A stretch of 63,396 nucleotides of DNA, the filler included, from Octopus bimaculoides (lineage: Eukaryota): the NCBI RefSeq assembly GCF_001194135.2. It is 6 parts of 5 records of this genome, joined end to end, with 100 filler letters (N's around TTAATTAATTAA, not from the genome) between each part and the next. Parts side by side here need not be neighbours in the genome. Positions count along the whole stretch, not along the records: positions 61,471 to 63,396 come from NC_068983.1; 5 more parts are not named here. One strand, given 5' to 3'. A program made the translations under genes and the position numbers. Position 1 is the first letter of the stretch; each line of letters starts with the position of its first letter. Positions 62,330-63,396 of this stretch are shown one piece after another. The notes beneath the pieces were generated by a model, which saw only the letters and a list, made by a program, of their open reading frames with translations, was not told the DNA's origin and ran no database searches.

Positions 62330-62750
62330 TGTTAACGGTTTCTTAATTGGGGGAGGGTGATTACTTTTTGCATGAATGTATTTAATATTTTCATTAATCT
62401 TATGGTAAAGTTGAGTATTACCTGTAGATAAGTTAAAATTAGCATCTAAATAATTTATATTATAGTTCTCATTATATATAGTAATCTTTAATCCATTTCT
62501 TTAAAAAAAAACTATATATACTCTTATTATATAATTCTAGTGTTCTATTGCTACAATTCTTAGTTAGTAATAAGAGGTCATCCCTATATAAACCACCCTC
62601 CAATGTTAAGTTTTCAAGTTGAAGTTCTGATAATAAATATATTCCCACTAAATCAGTTACCTGTGCTGAATCGGGTGCCCCCATTGATATATCAAAATAG
62701 TCCCTAGTATCTTTCCTAGCCCAAAACTTATTATTATATTTAATCAAATG
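62330..62750 (-). mobile_element. Penelope-like element RT fragment (type 2, YRDD class; Naiad-like assignment tentative)
   Basis: FDISMGAPDSAQVTDLVGIYLLSEL...GGLYRDDLL; after one frameshift in an A-run, NGLKITI...NYLDANFNLSTG...YIHAKSNHPPPIKK. Confidence 0.8.
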
Positions 62751-63082
62751 ATATATACATTCATTTTATTATTATTATTGTTGTATTTTGACCTGAACAT
62801 TAGCTATATTATTGAATAGAATTGATTTTCGATCGATTTAATCGATTTGATTATATTTTATTTTCTATTTGAAAATTTGGTTATGAAACACGTGCAGGAA
62901 GTTTCGAAGTCATTTAGAGGCTGTGGTTAAAGCCAATGATGATTTTATTGAATAAATTTTCTCTTTAGTATTTCAAGATATTTTTATGCAATTTTGGTAA
63001 ATATATCTGTTAAAATGAGATGTCAGTGTTATTTTCATTGTTGCATAATTTAGACAATATATTCACCACACCGTATATATAT

Positions 63083-63396
63083 ATACTAGCAGAGCCACCC
63101 GGCGTTGCCCGGGAATGAAATTGTTGCTTATTGGTACTTGGAAACTTTTACGATAATTAAAATGGGGCTTAAATGAAAAAAATTCACACAGCAAATATAC
63201 CACGTTATTGTTTCACTGTTATATACACAGATATACATTGATGCATGTCAGTCGAAAAGTGAAAGTGTAATAGTAATACTTACTTTAACACTCAATGGTT
63301 TTACACTTTTGTATATGTCATGTACATACTATTCATGTAAGTGCTTCTTCATATACTATGTTTTCTGTCTTGCCATGTTTATCACTGAGAATGTAG
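63083..63396 (+). mobile_element. Probable Helitron-like non-autonomous element 5' end
   Basis: After (TA)n: ACTAG at 63085-63089 followed by GC-rich CCCGGCGTTGCCCGGG (63098-63113), the architecture of Lep1/Helentron-type elements. A similar start lies at about 53668. The 3' end is not seen. Confidence 0.5.

Overview
AT-rich, microsatellite-dense animal genomic DNA. The SINE and LINE families look like those of a coleoid cephalopod, probably an octopod (inference from recognised repeats). The only host gene I can support is a five-exon internal fragment of glutamine:fructose-6-phosphate aminotransferase (GFPT/GFAT), + strand, 47150-51784, 154 codons of the glutaminase domain. The rest is mostly decayed transposons: R4/Dong-like and CRE-like RLE LINEs, RTE and CR1-group LINEs, a Gypsy gag-protease relic, two Penelope-like RT fragments, Tc1/mariner derivatives, a Helitron-like end and more than 25 tRNA-derived SINE copies. 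Five identical N44-TTAATTAATTAA-N44 spacers split the window into six stitched pieces whose adjacency is unproven. The GFPT piece lies exactly between two spacers and its SINEs show strong CpG decay. The best leads are modular head/tail swapping among SINEs, (TAA)n-targeted stacking of R4/Dong-like LINEs including an apparent 5'-inverted copy, a hairpin-dense dispersed repeat with stems conserved between two copies, and a stop-free in-frame GFPT intron. I found no evidence of a new multi-gene system. Most long ORFs in the track are microsatellite or N-gap artefacts. Repeat boundaries are approximate unless a TSD or TIR is quoted.
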